Source: Basidioascus undulatus
Lineage: Eukaryota
Assembly: GCA_000826855.1 (NCBI GenBank)
Contig: JTLS01000042.1
Span: 1 to 38,236 of the forward strand
Length of the DNA: 38,236 nucleotides
Reading direction: 5' to 3'
Position numbers and translations under genes: made by a program. Below the pieces are notes generated by a model. The model ran no database searches, was not told the origin of the DNA, and saw only the letters and a program-made list of their open reading frames with translations. Positions 36,093 to 38,236 of the stretch are shown piece by piece. The number at the start of each line of letters is the position of its first letter. Position 1 is the stretch's first letter.

Positions 36093-37392
36093 CGTCGGAG
36101 TTGTGAGTGGGCGCTTGAGGACGGGCTTGTGACTACCGGAAAGTTCACTGTGGGCCGGCGGCACCTTGTGACGAAGTCGGACGTGATTGAATTTGCATTT
36201 TGAGGACCAAGGCCTCCAATAAGGCGCCTTGCCGCTGTAGGAATCCAGGCGAGCTTGTACCGGCCGAGGCAGTGTCGACGCGAATACAGAAGGACTGGCG
36301 TCCCTTCCAATTGATCAAAAGCGGCACTGACCCTAGGGTCCCTCCCAGTACACAGCACGTGCTACTCGTGAAGCTGATCAAGAATGAAACGGGCGCAACC
36401 ACCCGCACGGGCGTTGGAAGGAAAGGCTCAGAGCCGCGAGCTCGATGGAGAAGACGCCCTTCGGCGTCCCTGCCGCTTCAGTTCTGACCGGTAGTGTGGA
36501 CTCAAAGCTACCTGAAAGTACACCAAAGAAGCCCAAAGTCGAGAGTTGTCTGACGCTCCCAAAGCGAGGACGATGCTTTGTTTCGGTCTACAGCTGTCCC
36601 ACCGCGATGTACACTTAACCATGCGGCACAGACCCATTGCAGACTTGCAGTTAGTCCCAGCGACCGGGGGTGAACTTGGCTGACTTTCCAAGTACCACGC
36701 ACATGCGTGCAATCCTCAGCTGCGGAAAGACTGTCATTGGACCAGCACCGCGAACAGCTGCCCTCTTTCACGCCACCTTTCCGCTGTGCATGTCGCTGAT
36801 CTCACCTCTGCCAAACCGCCATCCCTCGCCCATCCTTAGCTGAACCCCCTCGCAGCTTGCACCCCCCGCTCCCACACGCACGCACGCCCACCAATGCAGC
36901 ACTGCAACTGGTATTTCAAAACATGCACCTCCACTCCCTGCAGTACCCTTTTCATTCGATTCGTTTCTCAATCAACAATCGCCCAAACGACCAAGACCCT
37001 GCGAAAAACGCAGAAGGAAATAAACGTAAGAGAAAGAGATGGAAGGAGGGGGCCAATTAGAGGCGCGAAGTAGAGGAAGGACTCCGAAGGATGGATGGGG
37101 ATGATGCGGTGCGGCGTGATGGAATTGGGGCGCTGCGCGAGCGATGCGATGTAGAGATAAGGATGCAAGGTGGCTAAGGATGAGGATGAGGGAGATGCAG
37201 CGAGAGACGACAGTGAAGACTCGGTACGAGTCGCAAAACGGGATCTTGAATTTGGACGCAAAAGCGGAATGGGATAGAGACTCGAAATATAAAGCACCAG
37301 AGGAACGAAAGACCTGTTTCCCCAACTCCCGCTCATCAGCCTCCCGCACTGCACTTCACCTAGCCACGCAGACTCACCATGACTACGCCGCA

Positions 37393-38091
37393 CTACCTCC
37401 TCCCCGCATACGGATCCACCATCCCAACAGACTGTGCCTTCTCGCCCATCTCCGGCGTATGTGGCCTGCTCTGGCCGGGCATCGGGCTAGGCACGGGGCT
37501 GTACGCGTGCGCGCCAGGGTAGGGCGGTGCGAGTTTCCCTCCGTACAGATGCGGGGGGACGGGCGCGACGACGCCGGCGCCGGCTTTCTCGCTCAGGGTA
37601 GCAGAGGCAGAGGAGGAGAGGGAGGTGATGGTGCTGGAGGAGGTGGAGGAGGGCCGGTTGTAGGCCATTGTGCTGGCTAGGACGGTCGACGCGCCGATGA
37701 CGAAGGCGGGCGTGATGTGGAAGTCGAAGAGCGCTACGGAGGCGACGAAGGAGAGGACGATGGACATGGAGGTGGCGAAGCCTTTGAGGATCTGCGGTGT
37801 GGTTTCGGTTCAGGGAGGGAGAGGTGGGAGGAAGGATGAAAGGAAGACCCGCGCACATTATCGCTGTACTTAATAACCACAGCGGTAATCAACCCGCCAA
37901 ACACCTGCGTGAGCACGGTCGCCCACGCCCAGGGCGTAAAGTTCCTAACGAGGTTGAAGCGTGCGAAGAGGCCCGCGCCTGCGGGGGCGTTGGAGCCGAG
38001 GACGACGGGGACGAGCGCGGGGACGAGCGAGAAGAGCGAGAGCTGGACGTTCCGCACCCAGAGGTCCGCGGACGAGCCTTTCAGCACTTTC
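37393..38091 (-). CDS. UDP-galactose/nucleotide-sugar transporter (SLC35A, gms1/Ugt1-like), last two exons; 5' part outside window
   Basis: KVLKGSSADLWVRNVQLSLFS...WAWATVLTQVFGGLITAVVIKYSDN|ILKGFATSMSIVLSFVASVALFDF. Exons 37857-38091 and 37393-37791. Confidence 0.92.
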
Positions 38092-38236
38092 CTGATTCCA
38101 GGCACCGTGAGATCAGCACTTCGGTTGTTCGAAAGGAGAGGAGAGAAAGGAAGGAAGGGAGGAGAGGAGGAGAGGGAGGGTGGTAGAACGTGTCGGTTGT
38201 TATTATCTGAGAGACATGAGTGAGTGAGCGAATGCG

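Noticed and set aside
1..38236. CRISPR arrays, rRNA/tRNA genes, telomeric arrays, prokaryotic operon signals
   Set aside because: None seen; the DNA is eukaryotic with spliceosomal introns. Small ncRNAs cannot be excluded without a covariance-model search.

Overview
Intron-rich eukaryotic DNA, most likely a basidiomycete fungus. Short GT-AG introns with CTRAC branch points and GC-rich exons suggest a Microbotryomycetes-like yeast, but that assignment is inference. Apparently intact genes: an orphan Ser/Pro/Arg-rich gene (-, runs off the left end), Far11/STRIP of the STRIPAK complex (+), a 2OG-Fe(II) dioxygenase (+), a WW-domain orphan (-), an ECM15/UPF0045 thiamine-binding-family gene (-), a large TKL-group kinase with SAP/HeH-like motifs (-), and the 3' part of a UDP-galactose-type nucleotide-sugar transporter (-). 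A flavin monooxygenase (+) carries one frameshift. Between these lie lower-GC tracts with decayed gene relics: RRM, ABCG transporter, MYND-like, F-box/LRR-like, kinase-like, and two diverged copies of an unknown gene. The most striking observation is the kinase. It lacks the beta3 (VAIK) lysine (CAIAD) but has a lysine in the Gly-rich loop (GSGGFKDVY), which is the WNK ('with no K') arrangement, on an otherwise TKL-type domain. It is fused to DNA-binding-like motifs and preceded by a phased CGATCG/ACGCGT promoter array. Gene models were spliced by eye and no database searches were run.
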